IMG/VR virus record: IMGVR_UViG_3300029305_005387
Direction: 5' to 3' (one strand)
DNA from: a virus
Lineage: Duplodnaviria > Caudoviricetes
DNA: 64,000 bases
The first letter of the stretch is position 1; every line of letters begins with the position of its first letter. The notes under the pieces are model-generated. The model was not told the DNA's origin, ran no database searches, and saw only the letters and a program-made list of their open reading frames with translations. The position numbers and the translations under genes were made by a program. Below are positions 38,665-49,880 of the stretch, piece by piece.

Positions 38665-40031
38665 CATTATCTTCATACTGTATCGCAACTACAGTACCGA
38701 GCTTTTAACTCTGCTACTGCTTTCGCAGTACGACAGTAGAATTTCACTACTGAAGAACCATTACGGTTGATGAGACTATATCTTCATCATATATTCTGTT
38801 ACCAAATATATGATGTCCCTCCATTTCCCATTACTATATTAATATTACTATTAATAACCTCCATTAGCTTTGAGGGGTAATAACCACTATATTATACAAC
38901 GTATTTCTCGTTATACATAGTTAGGTTAATAGTCGTTGAACGTTGTTCTGCATTAATACAGAACCTTCGCTGCCTATGATTATCCAATCCTAAATGATTT
39001 TACCATCCGATAGTCGTTATACTATCTGCTACACTGTACATCACTGTCAGCTGCGGTTATTTAGGCTCTAAGGAACTTCCGGCAATTAAAAGGAAGCAGG
39101 CCAAACAAGTTTATTCATCTGATTGCTGATTTAATTCATAACCAAAGATAAATTCTTCTTCAATTTCATATTCTTTTTCTTTTTCAGAAGATTTATCTAA
39201 TTTACATCGAAATTTTTTCTTGGAAGGATTTAGATAATTATTATCTCTGATACGCCATTTAATATAATTAATATTAGCTTTTGTATCAGGTAAACCTACT
39301 ATCTGTAAAATTTCTTTTTTACTTCGTAATCCTCTTTTTAGTAATTCATCTATCATATTATTTTGCTCTTTAGAACGATCTCCATATGTATTAAATTTTG
39401 GAATATTATATTCACTTCTAATTTCATTCCAATTTCCGTTATATTTTATTCCACTAACAAATGCAGTCGTAACATTTAATTTCTTAGCTATATGATAGAT
39501 GGATTTACCTTTTTCTAACATTTTACAGACTTTTCTAATAGTCTTTTCGTCATGTGATGGTTTTAAACCAGTTTTCATAGCATGTTCAATATTTTCTTTG
39601 AATGATACCCATTCAAGATTATCTACACAATTGTTAGTTTTCACTCCATCAATATGATTCACTTGAGGTTTATTTTCTGGATCAGGGTTAGGGATAAATG
39701 TTAAGGCTACTAACCTATGAACACTATAATGTTTATCCTTTCCATTAATACTTAATGCTACTCTTGGATATCCACCTCGCGTATAATCAATATGAACTCG
39801 CAATTGTTTCCCAGTAACAATATTTCGAACATTACCATATGAACTGATTTCATAGTTTGATTCAATACCATCAGTTTTAAATCTCTTCCATTCTTCTTTC
39901 TTTGATGTAAACGATTCATAATCTTTATAATCAATCATGTTTAAATTCCTCCTTCATATTTTTTACTATTATGTAAGAAGAAATTTAATTTAAAAATCAG
40001 CAATTTATACAGGGATAACCATGTCGATAAA
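38665..40031 (-). mobile_element. Group I intron (1367 nt) carrying an HNH homing endonuclease gene in the P1 loop
   Basis: Core elements AAUUGCCGGAAG, GUUCAACGACUA, AAGAUAUAGUC; ends AUAAUG; IGS GCCUG pairs with exon CAGGU (U-G); P10 ACUUGUU pairs with exon 2 GACAAGU. Confidence 0.9.
39111..39938 (-). CDS. Intron-encoded HNH homing endonuclease (NUMOD4 plus HNH)
   Basis: [22 protein letters not shown]...[17 protein letters not shown]. Confidence 0.92.
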   Translation of the reverse strand: MIDYKDYESFTSKKEEWKRFKTDGIESNYEISSYGNVRNIVTGKQLRVHIDYTRGGYPRVALSINGKDKHYSVHRLVALTFIPNPDPENKPQVNHIDGVKTNNCVDNLEWVSFKENIEHAMKTGLKPSHDEKTIRKVCKMLEKGKSIYHIAKKLNVTTAFVSGIKYNGNWNEIRSEYNIPKFNTYGDRSKEQNNMIDELLKRGLRSKKEILQIVGLPDTKANINYIKWRIRDNNYLNPSKKKFRCKLDKSSEKEKEYEIEEEFIFGYELNQQSDE

Positions 40032-40895
40032 ACCTGAAAAATTGTATTCTCCGCCTAAAACATTGGAACGGATCCAGCCATGTTTGCTATCGAGCAGACT
40101 AAATGTAAGTGACCAAAGTTCATTTACTCTCATTTGAGCTTGATATAGATAAAGTGGTACTTCAATTGGGTTAGCTCTTTTAAGGTTAATAGTAATATTT
40201 GTTAATGGATGAATCTGTCTATCCTGTCCACAGAAGTAGTATGATTCTGGTGTAAGTCCTTCTGGTCTTAACACTGTTGAATATACAGGAATTTTAGATG
40301 TCCAAACAATATCTTTATCTTCAATAAGAGAATCAATAAGATCAGCTTTTTGTTTTCTTTTACTTTTATAATACAACATAATCTCTTCAAAGTTTTCATA
40401 GAAAGCTTGCATGCCGATGTTATGATACATTAAAGAAGTTTTCTTAACCTCAATAGTATCATTATGTTTTCTAATAGTACCTGAAGATGTAATCAGATTC
40501 TCATTAGAAATAATATTCTCCAGATTCTTTTTAGAGATAGCCGATTGTAATCTCTGATAGAATAACGGATTTATTAGCTTATATTTTCCGAAATTAAGCC
40601 ATCCCGTATACTTGATGTTCACATCTTTATATTCGATTTTGGAACCACATTGAGGGCAGGTTTCTCCTTCAAATGCAGCACCAATATACTTCCCACATTT
40701 ACAGGACCATTTATCAAGAAATTCATTGGTCTCACCGTATGTGGAGCCAAATCGTGGACTTCTTGGACCGTCCATGTTTCTTACAGTTTTATCAATATCT
40801 GAATATGGTGTCTCACTGATTAAGAATCCTTTGTCATTGATAATATCATACATACACTCGGATTCTAAATTCATTCTTGAAAATTTAATACGCAT
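40032..40895 (-). CDS. RNA polymerase beta' N-terminal part, exon 1
   Basis: Zn-binding CKCG...CPQC, IPVYS..LRP, KHGWIR.NVLG; in-frame junction with exon 2 gives about 460 aa. Confidence 0.88.
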
Positions 40896-40912
40896 AATTT
40901 ATCATACCTCCT

Positions 40913-41290
40913 TTATTTATATCTAAATAAATTCGTACATTTTTCACATTGATAAATTGTGTCATATCCTTCTCCGTATATTTTCAATGTAGTATTCATG
41001 TTATATTGCCCTCCAACTAATTGATGACAATGTGGATACTCACCATATAGTTTCTTTCCATCGTCCATATGATGAGAAGGATATACGAATGGAATATCAT
41101 TAATAAGAATATTACCTTCAATCTTTTTAGAAATAATGGAAATATTAATATCTTTAATTTTAAGCTTCAGATTATTTATTTCATCTTCTAATGATTTTAT
41201 TTCACGAGATGTTTCCTCATATTTCTTACAATCATCTTCAGACTTAAAGTACTTTCCATCATTAGCAATGTAAAATAGTACTTCTGTCAT
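40913..41290 (-). CDS. Hypothetical protein
   Basis: 125-aa ORF with GAGG RBS. Confidence 0.55.
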   Translation of the reverse strand: MTEVLFYIANDGKYFKSEDDCKKYEETSREIKSLEDEINNLKLKIKDINISIISKKIEGNILINDIPFVYPSHHMDDGKKLYGEYPHCHQLVGGQYNMNTTLKIYGEGYDTIYQCEKCTNLFRYK

Positions 41291-41305
41291 ATTTAGATAA
41301 CCTCT

Positions 41306-41512
41306 TTAATATTCAATTCTTTTCTGTATCTTTGTGATCTTATTCTGGACTATAATAGCCATTGTTTTGTCATTATTTTTACTCATACTTTTATAACCAG
41401 AATTATCAGCTGAATCCATTTTCACATATAACCAATTTTCAGGATCAACAATTCCATTCTTCATCAAGATAGATCTCTGAGCAGCCGTTAACTTTTTACC
41501 GTTCTTTGCCAT
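41306..41512 (-). CDS. Small hypothetical protein
   Basis: 68-aa ORF with RBS. Confidence 0.55.
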   Translation of the reverse strand: MAKNGKKLTAAQRSILMKNGIVDPENWLYVKMDSADNSGYKSMSKNNDKTMAIIVQNKITKIQKRIEY

Positions 41513-41580
41513 AATTACCTTTCCTCCATAAATGTGTTAAAATATAGAGATGGGAGAATTTCTCCCATCTCTATTGATGG

Positions 41581-42198
41581 TTATATTTTCTTAAAGCATT
41601 CTCTGATCACATATGCGTCCCATAAAGAGTTATGTTTTGCATTACAAAGTAAATCTTTGAATATAGAATTATTTCTAATGGATGACAACTCTCCATTTGT
41701 TAAAAATCCTTCTCGGGAAACATCCGGATCAATTCCATTACACTGAAAAGCTGTACATAAATCTGCAGGAATATAGTAAATACATCCTTGTAGATCTTTT
41801 GCATTACCAGATTTACAGATTAGATTGTTAAATAATACCCAATCATATGCTAAACAATCGGAGTACATCTGAATTGTCTGATTTGAAATCTTTGCTTCTC
41901 TTTCAAGCCATTCGGTTAACATCTCATGGATTTCTCGAGAACTACCTGTCATCATAACATTCATATGAATTCCATCAAGATGACATTGTTCTACTTTAAC
42001 TCCTTCTTTGAATAACAGATTTTCTACAACATGTTCTTTGACAAAATCATCAACCTGTGAACGATCATAATCATTGAATTCAGCATAGAAATAGTGTCCA
42101 TTTTCAGTAATACAACCGATAGAAATCAGTGTAGTTGTCTGATGTAATCCAGTAAATTCACAATCGAAATATACTGGTAACATATCACGTTTGTCCAT
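41581..42198 (-). CDS. DEDDh 3'-5' exonuclease
   Basis: YFDCEFTG (ExoI), AYDW (ExoII), HNSLWDA (ExoIII). Confidence 0.85.
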   Translation of the reverse strand: MDKRDMLPVYFDCEFTGLHQTTTLISIGCITENGHYFYAEFNDYDRSQVDDFVKEHVVENLLFKEGVKVEQCHLDGIHMNVMMTGSSREIHEMLTEWLEREAKISNQTIQMYSDCLAYDWVLFNNLICKSGNAKDLQGCIYYIPADLCTAFQCNGIDPDVSREGFLTNGELSSIRNNSIFKDLLCNAKHNSLWDAYVIRECFKKI

Positions 42199-42219
42199 GT
42201 AAATAATCTCCTTCCTTTG

Positions 42220-43107
42220 TTAATCTTCCATACTGATACTCTCTAAAGAAATGGAAGTATTTGCTAAGATTAAGAAATTGATAAGTTGTTTCATCATTTC
42301 TCTCTTATTAATTGTAATTTCCTCATCTAAGAGTTTTGGTTCTTCATACAGAACGAATCTGTATTTACTATTTGCAAAAGTGATTAGAAACTTCTTAATG
42401 ATATCTGGATTCATATCAATGATTGTAGAGTAAAAATGTTCAATTAGATATAAATAATCTGGATCATTATCCAAGTATTTAGTATCTTTGAGATAAACTT
42501 TTTCTCCTACAGGTGTTTCTTCAATATTTGCAGTAATAATCAGTGCCAATGTAGAATCAAGCAACGTATCTTTAGTAACATTGAAACGTTTCATGATATC
42601 TTTACGCATGATCAATAACAGTTTATGCCAACCAATGTTCTTTAGAAGAGCAAATTCTTGAGCCGATAATGTATGATTAAAGAAATAAATCTCAATCATC
42701 TGTTGTTGTAATCTGTTTGGTTTCAAATTACGTCTATAATATTCAATTTCTTCAGGCGTAATTTCTTTCTCATACTTTTTGAATAATTTATCAACTAACT
42801 GATCCATATCCATAGTACAAGTGAAAACATATCCTTCATTTACTTTCATTTTTGATGCACGATAACGGTCATTCTTAGAATTACCATCTGCATCAGGAAC
42901 TATCGAGGTCTCTATGAGATTTCTTCGGAAAACTTGCATTACGAAAATACTAATATGAGTATTAACAATGCTAGCTAGGAATGAAAGTACTCTCTCATTT
43001 GGTTGTTCCTTTACTCTATTCCATGTTTGAGGTAATTGGAATTTTACCATATTATCAATACAAATGTTTCTGGTCATAATTTGATTAATAATAATAGACT
43101 TGTCCTT
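42220..43107 (-). CDS. Exon 2 of a spliced ~569-aa protein (putative non-virion RNAP promoter-specificity subunit)
   Basis: In frame with 43565-44386 after removing the intron; function inferred from size, helical character and location among RNAP/DNAP genes. Confidence 0.5.
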   Translation of the reverse strand, partial: KDKSIIINQIMTRNICIDNMVKFQLPQTWNRVKEQPNERVLSFLASIVNTHISIFVMQVFRRNLIETSIVPDADGNSKNDRYRASKMKVNEGYVFTCTMDMDQLVDKLFKKYEKEITPEEIEYYRRNLKPNRLQQQMIEIYFFNHTLSAQEFALLKNIGWHKLLLIMRKDIMKRFNVTKDTLLDSTLALIITANIEETPVGEKVYLKDTKYLDNDPDYLYLIEHFYSTIIDMNPDIIKKFLITFANSKYRFVLYEEPKLLDEEITINKREMMKQLINFLILANTSISLESISMED

Positions 43108-43564
43108 CATTTATCTTACACATTGATTCGCAACATCAATGCAGCAACTTAATGCTTCTACTACTCTCGTAGTACGACATCTGTATCTCAACAGATGAAG
43201 TGACATAAATGTCAGATGAGACTATATCTTCACCATATATTCTGTTACCAAATATATGATGTCCCTCCATTTCCCATTACTTCGTTCCTTGTCAAGGTTT
43301 ACGAACCTCATTAGCTTAGGCGGTACTCTACTGACTACATTGTGTAAGTTGTTTAAATTCTATACACGTAGTTGACCGATAGTCGTTGAACTTTCATCTC
43401 TTATTCAGAGATGATTAGCTGCGACGATTGACTCTATATCTAACTTTTTTACTATACCTTGAAACATTACTTCTTGCCACTAACTCATCACTGAATTAGT
43501 TTAGTAGTTAGATCTTAACAAGTCTTCCCCGCAATTAAAAGGGAAAGGGTTCAAACATAAGTCA
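43108..43564 (-). mobile_element. ORF-less group I intron (457 nt)
   Basis: AAUUGCGGGGAAG, GUUCAACGACUA, AAGAUAUAGUC core; block near 43217-43280 almost identical to 38771-38834; ends AUAAAUG. Confidence 0.88.
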
Positions 43565-44386
43565 GCCCTCAATCTCTTGTTGTTCAAAGATGCTTCTATT
43601 GAAAGACATTGAAGACGAAACCTTTGAACTGATGTACATGTAAATTTTGTTATAAATGTCAAAATCCCATTCAAACAAATAGAATGTATCTACATAAAAT
43701 CTGTAGAATAAATCAATATTCTTCTGAATATTGATTGATCTCATTACAGCGAAATGATTAATAATAAATGAAAGAATCTTAATACAGAAACTAATTTGAA
43801 GCATTGCTTTTACATGAACATTTAAGAATTCCAAAGATTTCTTTTTACGTTGCATGATAGAAATCATATCAGGATTAGTAAGATTCTTACTGTTTTCAGC
43901 TTCTATATCATCAACATAATTCTCTTCTACCATTCGTGTAATCTTTTCTTTCATTGAATCTGTGAAAATAGTCTTATAACACAGATCTTTGAATGCATCA
44001 AAGTTTTTCATAGTATAAGAGATATTATCCACATCAATGAGATACTTGATACGAAATAGAGCAGTGATTAATTCACCCTCTTGATCATACATAGTCTCAA
44101 AGAAATTCAATTCCTCACACATTCTTGGTAGATAAGATGAATACGATAACTTAGTGACTTTCCATTCATTCAACGCAGCAATATTTTCATTATTCAAATG
44201 AGCTAACTCTTTGTCAAATTTGATGATCATTGTTTTAGGTACTGAATGAAAACGGACATCATCTGGATGTATCTTCCATTTTATCCAATACGATTCCCTC
44301 CCATTAGGGAACTGATGTTTCTTGTATTCCCATCTAGGAATTTCTTCCGGCTTTTCGACCGGTTTTACTGATGTTAATTGTAACAT
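43565..44386 (-). CDS. Exon 1 of the spliced ~569-aa protein
   Basis: 274 codons ending EIEG; the TGA is the first three intron nucleotides; GGAGG RBS. Confidence 0.7.
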
Positions 44387-44404
44387 ATTAGATATTTACC
44401 TCCT

Positions 44405-45142
44405 TTAAGTTATATTTTCGAAAGCATCTTTCAAGAAGTTCATATCCATTGCAGTTGTAGTTCCTAATCTAATGAATGGATGTCTAGTCATCAGATCTGG
44501 TAAATCATATTTAAAAGTTTTTAAGTTATCAATGTAATTATATCGATAATCACTTGCAACTAAAACGTGAGAATATGTACCAGTTAGAATTTCTGAAGCT
44601 TCTTTTGCTAGTTCGATATCCGAGAATATATACGTAAAATTATTATCACATTTCTCAATAGCTTTACGTAAATCTCCATGTAAATACTGGCAATTGATTC
44701 CTTGAAAAATATTTTGGCAATCTTTCTTTATGAACGGCTCTTCGTGTTCACTGTAAACATACACTGGAAAGTTCATATGCTGTTGTCGATATACATAGAA
44801 CATTCTATCTACATTAAGCATCGGACTTAACGTATAGATAGATTCATCATCTTTCATTAAATCGAATAATAATTTATCCAATTCTTTAGGATCTATTTGG
44901 TGTGCCCAATCCAATTGCTTCAATGGATTAATATATCTTCGATTCTTATACCATTCTATTATTGACGTAATAGAAAAATCCTTGATGATATCTACTGGTA
45001 ATCCATAAGTTTTTTCAGTAAGAATCATTTTAATTACCGTATATAAATACGCTGGTTTTACGATATCATGATACTGAAGAAACATTCCAGCTCCGCCAAC
45101 AAAGAAAACTTTTGTATCAAATGTCAGACTATTTTGAATCAA
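44405..45142 (-). CDS. Hypothetical protein (possible degenerate HAD-like fold)
   Basis: 245 aa, TTG start with GGAGG RBS. Confidence 0.55.
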   Translation of the reverse strand: MIQNSLTFDTKVFFVGGAGMFLQYHDIVKPAYLYTVIKMILTEKTYGLPVDIIKDFSITSIIEWYKNRRYINPLKQLDWAHQIDPKELDKLLFDLMKDDESIYTLSPMLNVDRMFYVYRQQHMNFPVYVYSEHEEPFIKKDCQNIFQGINCQYLHGDLRKAIEKCDNNFTYIFSDIELAKEASEILTGTYSHVLVASDYRYNYIDNLKTFKYDLPDLMTRHPFIRLGTTTAMDMNFLKDAFENIT

Positions 45143-45219
45143 ATAATCCCACCTCCTTCTTCATTTTTGGATAAAAATAATACACGGGAGTTTTAAACTC
45201 CCGTGTATTATGTTATGTC

Positions 45220-45942
45220 TTAATTTGGAACTTGGTAAGAATCAAATGATTGAGAAGGTCCACCATATGAATTATTTTGTTTAGGTCTGTTATTATACTG
45301 CTGATTATTATTGTTATAAGAATTTGGACGTCTGTAGTTATTATTGTTATATTGCTTATTATAAGCACCCTGCTGATTTTGTCCGCCGTTCTTATTACCA
45401 CCATTCTCATTGAGTTTGGCGTAATCGTCAGTAAGTTTATCAAGATGACGATCTGCATTGATACCAGTTAAGTATCCTTCAATAGTCATCATAAATGCAC
45501 CTAAACCACTTTCAATGGTTCTAGTCATGATATTTCCATTCTCTTTCACTTGCTGCTTAATTGTCTGGAATTTAAATGGAATTGTGACATTATTCTTCGT
45601 AATACTGAATACAGTTTCCATTTCTCCATCGACACCAAGTTTACGTTCCAAAGTCAGACTTGCTCCTAAACAAGGAACAGATAAATTTGTTTCATTAATC
45701 TTTCCATCTAAGATATCTTTAGATGTCTGATACAATGCGTATGCACCTTCAAAATTAACTGTCGTCTGCTGTCCATGTTTACTATCATACTGAGAGCGTC
45801 CATTCTGATCCTTTCCATTAAAAGGATATAACTGAAAACTCAAGTTAGTATTATAGAACTTGATGTTCAAACAAGAAACTCCTTCGCTATACATGTTTCT
45901 GATTTGGGTTGATGTTGATGGTCTGTTGTTATTGTTTGCCAT
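45220..45942 (-). CDS. Hypothetical protein with N/Q-rich tail (possible ssDNA-binding protein)
   Basis: Beta-rich core and low-complexity tail, located in the replication cluster; function is a guess. Confidence 0.4.
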   Translation of the reverse strand: MANNNNRPSTSTQIRNMYSEGVSCLNIKFYNTNLSFQLYPFNGKDQNGRSQYDSKHGQQTTVNFEGAYALYQTSKDILDGKINETNLSVPCLGASLTLERKLGVDGEMETVFSITKNNVTIPFKFQTIKQQVKENGNIMTRTIESGLGAFMMTIEGYLTGINADRHLDKLTDDYAKLNENGGNKNGGQNQQGAYNKQYNNNNYRRPNSYNNNNQQYNNRPKQNNSYGGPSQSFDSYQVPN

Positions 45943-46783
45943 ATAAAAGTTCCTCCTTCACTTGTTGTACCATTGTTATATGAGTGATTATTTCTACCTC
46001 GAACTCTTCATACTGATAAAGTTTTGGACTATACTTTCTTAAGAAATTACCAGATACTTTACCATCTTCAAATAGTTCATATACTTCTTGATTGTTACAA
46101 TATTTTAGAAATTCCATCGGTCCTACTTCTGTAACAAATGGACTATATGCGGTTAACATGTTTCTTATAGTCCTATAATATTCTCTGTCATCTTCAATAA
46201 CAGTTTTCATCTTTGAATTAATATCTTTTGAGATAACTGTCAAGAAATTATGCTTTGCATTGAGAATAAAGAATTCATATAATCTTCTGAATGCATATTC
46301 GATTTGATCTCTATCAAATTCTTCAGAATCAATTGTCATAATTGTGATTGACAATCTTTGCTCTAAAAGATTCTTCATCAATGAAATAAATCTGTCATGA
46401 ATAATATCAAGAGCATCTTTAATATCTGATGGATGCTCCTCACCAATATCATCATTTACAGCTGAAATTGATGCGTGTAGCTGCTCGTAGAAAATATCTA
46501 CATAATTTGTCCTATCATCAGATCCAATATAATCATTAAACTGATCAATTATTGATTCTGCGATTGTGTCATATGGATATTCTCCTAAGAAAGCAGATTT
46601 TTCAATTAATTCAGTATGGTCAATTGGTTCATCTCCACCTGACATTGAATCCATTCCCGTTTCTTTAAAATCCATAGAAATTCCAGTTGTTTTAGATCCA
46701 TTGGATTCTTGTAAATATTGAGCATTCCATGGATCTGTCCAATCAATTTCATCACCACGAATGCTATAAGGTAATATTGCCAT
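45929..46783 (-). CDS. Hypothetical protein
   Basis: 284-aa ORF with GAGGTG RBS. Confidence 0.65.
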   Translation of the reverse strand: MAILPYSIRGDEIDWTDPWNAQYLQESNGSKTTGISMDFKETGMDSMSGGDEPIDHTELIEKSAFLGEYPYDTIAESIIDQFNDYIGSDDRTNYVDIFYEQLHASISAVNDDIGEEHPSDIKDALDIIHDRFISLMKNLLEQRLSITIMTIDSEEFDRDQIEYAFRRLYEFFILNAKHNFLTVISKDINSKMKTVIEDDREYYRTIRNMLTAYSPFVTEVGPMEFLKYCNNQEVYELFEDGKVSGNFLRKYSPKLYQYEEFEVEIITHITMVQQVKEELLYGKQ

Positions 46784-46844
46784 ATTTTATCACCTCTCTT
46801 TTATTTGAATATTACCAATAAAATGTTCTTCTCTTAATTAGTTT

Positions 46845-48899
46845 TTATAAACTAATTAAACATGATGTGATACTTGCGTTTCCATTAGGAGTCTTCTGTA
46901 CGATATCTTCAACTTTCAATGCATCTAATACTGATTTGAATGAAGATATTACATCAGAAATGATGAGATCATAATCAATTAACGGAATTGCCCATTCTGG
47001 AATTTCTTTTGCTGTATTAGGAATACATAGATATTTCAATCCAGACTTTTGTATATCTTTATCAGGACTCATAAAGATCTTTTCTTTAAGTTGCTCATAT
47101 TCTGTTGGATATTTATATCGAATCTTTTCAATATCCATAATATTACTCACTGACAACTTCAGAATATATACTCGATCTAATGAGTTAATCTTTTTATCTG
47201 AATACATCTCATTCCAAACAGCTGCTCCTCTGAATACTGGTAAACTCCAAGCTTTACTAACTTCTTTACCATTATCATCATATGATTTAGAATATCCTTC
47301 TTTTGCTTTATACTGCTGAACTTTTAAGAATCTAATACCACCATTTTTCAAGTCATCATGAATCTCTCGTTCAAATTTCTTCAATTCAGCCATCATTTCA
47401 TGAAGTTCTAGATCTTCTGAATACAAGATATGATCACATAATAACTTTTGGAACTTCTGAGATACTTCATCCGTAACACCAGCTTTAATAAAGTCAACAC
47501 CTTTGATTTCAGGTTTAAACGGATATATGATGTTTCCTTCTCTTAGTACAATAGATGCTGCGTATCTCTTCTTAACTAACATTAAGAAGAAACGTCTAAA
47601 CATAAACTCATTCTTCATGGTTAATTCAGCTCTTGAAGGTTCATCCATATTATGACATCTTCCATAGTAATCAAGAATTTTTGCGACACCTCTATCCAAA
47701 CTAGCAGCCAATACATTTACAAGTATCATTTCGTTATACATTTTCTTCCTACCAAATGTTTCATTTGGGAATATCTTATTTAATACAAATGATACAAAAA
47801 GATCTGCATTAATGATATTAGAGTCAGTATCAACAAGAAGAACTGTATTTCTCATGTGATTATTCAATTTGATTATTGAGTCAGGCGTAAGATATTCAAC
47901 AAATACAAATTGAGTCATAATATCAATGAATTTATTCATATCTTCTTTAATACATTCAGGAATATCATATGGGTCAAGAAACATCTGTTTCGACATCCAT
48001 TTATTATATTTCTCAGCATTTTCAAATTGCCCTGTAAATTCAGATGGTACCTCATTTATAGATGCTTCATAATTCGGTAATGCTGATAATACTGAACTTA
48101 AAAGATTTTGAATCTTCGGATGTTTATATATCAAATCTTTAAAATTATTTGCATAATAAAGATATGTTAACTCATCTGATGTTCTATTATTTACATATGC
48201 ATCAATTGCTGGAATGTCGTCTAAACCAAGAGTTACGAAATGTATCTTAATACGTCTACTTACTTCTGCAGCAGTTGGACGTTCAATCCATTTAGGAATT
48301 TTTTCATCCTTTTCAATTACTTTATTCATCCAATCAAAACATTCATCAATATGAAAGAATTTATGATTGTCACCAACATAACCCTCGAAGAATGCTGCCA
48401 TTGTTGTAATAATTGACTGTGCCATTAGGGTTGTTGCTGCTGGTGAATACTTTGTATAGAATGCCGCTGTAGGAGCTCCTGATCCTCCATATTCAGCATT
48501 CATAATAACTTTCTTGTTATTCTGATCCAAATCTAATGATGCATATTCATCTGAACCTGGTTTATATGAAAACATTTTCTTTTTAACTTCTTTTCGTCCT
48601 CGTTTTAATCCTCGTAACATATTAGATGTAGGGGACAACAGTTCTTCTGGTTGACAATAGAAAGTTCCATTGCCAGAAATAACTGGATTTTCTTTATCTA
48701 TCCACCCACATAATTTAGTTAATGTTATTTCAGCATTATCTCCAGTGACGTTATTATCCATAATAATAGTTGGATCTTTCAGATGGTTCTTCATTATAGA
48801 TTCAATTGCATCTTCAACGTCAGATTTCTTTAAAGAAGGATCCATTTTCATGATCGTTTTTGTTGCAATTGTTAAATATAATTTCTTAAAGTACTTCAT
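46845..48899 (-). CDS. Family-B DNA polymerase, polymerase portion (split jumbo-phage type)
   Basis: Q...KVIMNAEYG (motif B), VDTDS (motif C), KKRYA, IKGVDF; no exonuclease motifs seen. Confidence 0.85.
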   Translation of the reverse strand: MKYFKKLYLTIATKTIMKMDPSLKKSDVEDAIESIMKNHLKDPTIIMDNNVTGDNAEITLTKLCGWIDKENPVISGNGTFYCQPEELLSPTSNMLRGLKRGRKEVKKKMFSYKPGSDEYASLDLDQNNKKVIMNAEYGGSGAPTAAFYTKYSPAATTLMAQSIITTMAAFFEGYVGDNHKFFHIDECFDWMNKVIEKDEKIPKWIERPTAAEVSRRIKIHFVTLGLDDIPAIDAYVNNRTSDELTYLYYANNFKDLIYKHPKIQNLLSSVLSALPNYEASINEVPSEFTGQFENAEKYNKWMSKQMFLDPYDIPECIKEDMNKFIDIMTQFVFVEYLTPDSIIKLNNHMRNTVLLVDTDSNIINADLFVSFVLNKIFPNETFGRKKMYNEMILVNVLAASLDRGVAKILDYYGRCHNMDEPSRAELTMKNEFMFRRFFLMLVKKRYAASIVLREGNIIYPFKPEIKGVDFIKAGVTDEVSQKFQKLLCDHILYSEDLELHEMMAELKKFEREIHDDLKNGGIRFLKVQQYKAKEGYSKSYDDNGKEVSKAWSLPVFRGAAVWNEMYSDKKINSLDRVYILKLSVSNIMDIEKIRYKYPTEYEQLKEKIFMSPDKDIQKSGLKYLCIPNTAKEIPEWAIPLIDYDLIISDVISSFKSVLDALKVEDIVQKTPNGNASITSCLISL

Positions 48900-49021
48900 T
48901 TATTCATCACACCTTTTTCCTTTCATTTTTATCACTTATTACTTGGATAATATATCTTCAAAAATTAAAGAGTTTAGAACATGAGGATGGAATATTCCAT
49001 CCTCATGTTCTATCATAATGA

Positions 49022-49816
49022 TTAATTTTTTAAAACATAGAATTGCAGTTTATTTTTTGGACTTGTTTTCATTAATGTTACCTTTGTACAATTCTCAATA
49101 GGATCAAAATATTTGTACAATTCTGTCACAGTTATAAATTCAATTATATTCATCATTTTTTCATTATTAAGAATTTTAGAATCTATAAACAATGGAAATA
49201 GTTGCAGAGGATTATCAATTGAAATGAGACTACTTGATACATCAGTAAATTCAATTTCTATACCTTTCAATGTATATGATGAAGATACCTGATTAGAAAA
49301 CAATGCTAAATATTGGAGAACCGCTTGATCTACTACAAAATCAAAATATTCATCTTGTACTTTATTATCTTTAAAAAGTTCACAATTTCGATCTTCTCTA
49401 AAGTAATTGTTATTGTTATTTAACCCAAATTTTGTTTGTATTTTGTCATCAACTCTAAATCCATTCTTATTAGAAAATATTTTTAAAACAATTTGTAATA
49501 GTTGAATATTTTCATCTTTAAAAATAGCAAATTCTGGTTGGTTAATATACCTTTTAATTAGTTGATGATTTATAAATTTATCAACTAATTCATCATTGAT
49601 ACGTTTTACGAATTCACTATCTGATTTAGTAATATCTTTTATTGAGCGAATTGTAGGTATTAAAACATGTGGAACAGGTTCTTCTTTCTTTTTAAACATG
49701 TAAATATATTTAGAATAAATCATAACTCCTACTGCTTGTCCAACTGCAATTTGAAAGTTTTCGCATTCTTTTTCATTTTTATGAAACATTTCCATGAAAA
49801 CATCTTTAATTGACAT
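49022..49816 (-). CDS. Hypothetical protein
   Basis: 264-aa ORF with RBS. Confidence 0.6.
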   Translation of the reverse strand: MSIKDVFMEMFHKNEKECENFQIAVGQAVGVMIYSKYIYMFKKKEEPVPHVLIPTIRSIKDITKSDSEFVKRINDELVDKFINHQLIKRYINQPEFAIFKDENIQLLQIVLKIFSNKNGFRVDDKIQTKFGLNNNNNYFREDRNCELFKDNKVQDEYFDFVVDQAVLQYLALFSNQVSSSYTLKGIEIEFTDVSSSLISIDNPLQLFPLFIDSKILNNEKMMNIIEFITVTELYKYFDPIENCTKVTLMKTSPKNKLQFYVLKN

Positions 49817-49880
49817 ATTTTACTCCACCTTTCTTTAACCTATATTAAATTTATTAAAACATGTAAAGGAGCGATATTAA

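Noticed and set aside
38146-38688. Independent 180-aa gene starting MRYSMKIM
   Set aside because: The first 8 codons lie in the intron's 3' end; this is exon 2 of the beta' gene.
43562-43564. TGA readthrough or alternative genetic code joining 44386 to 43110
   Set aside because: The 457-nt gap holds a complete group I core, and long genes elsewhere translate cleanly with the standard code using all three stops.
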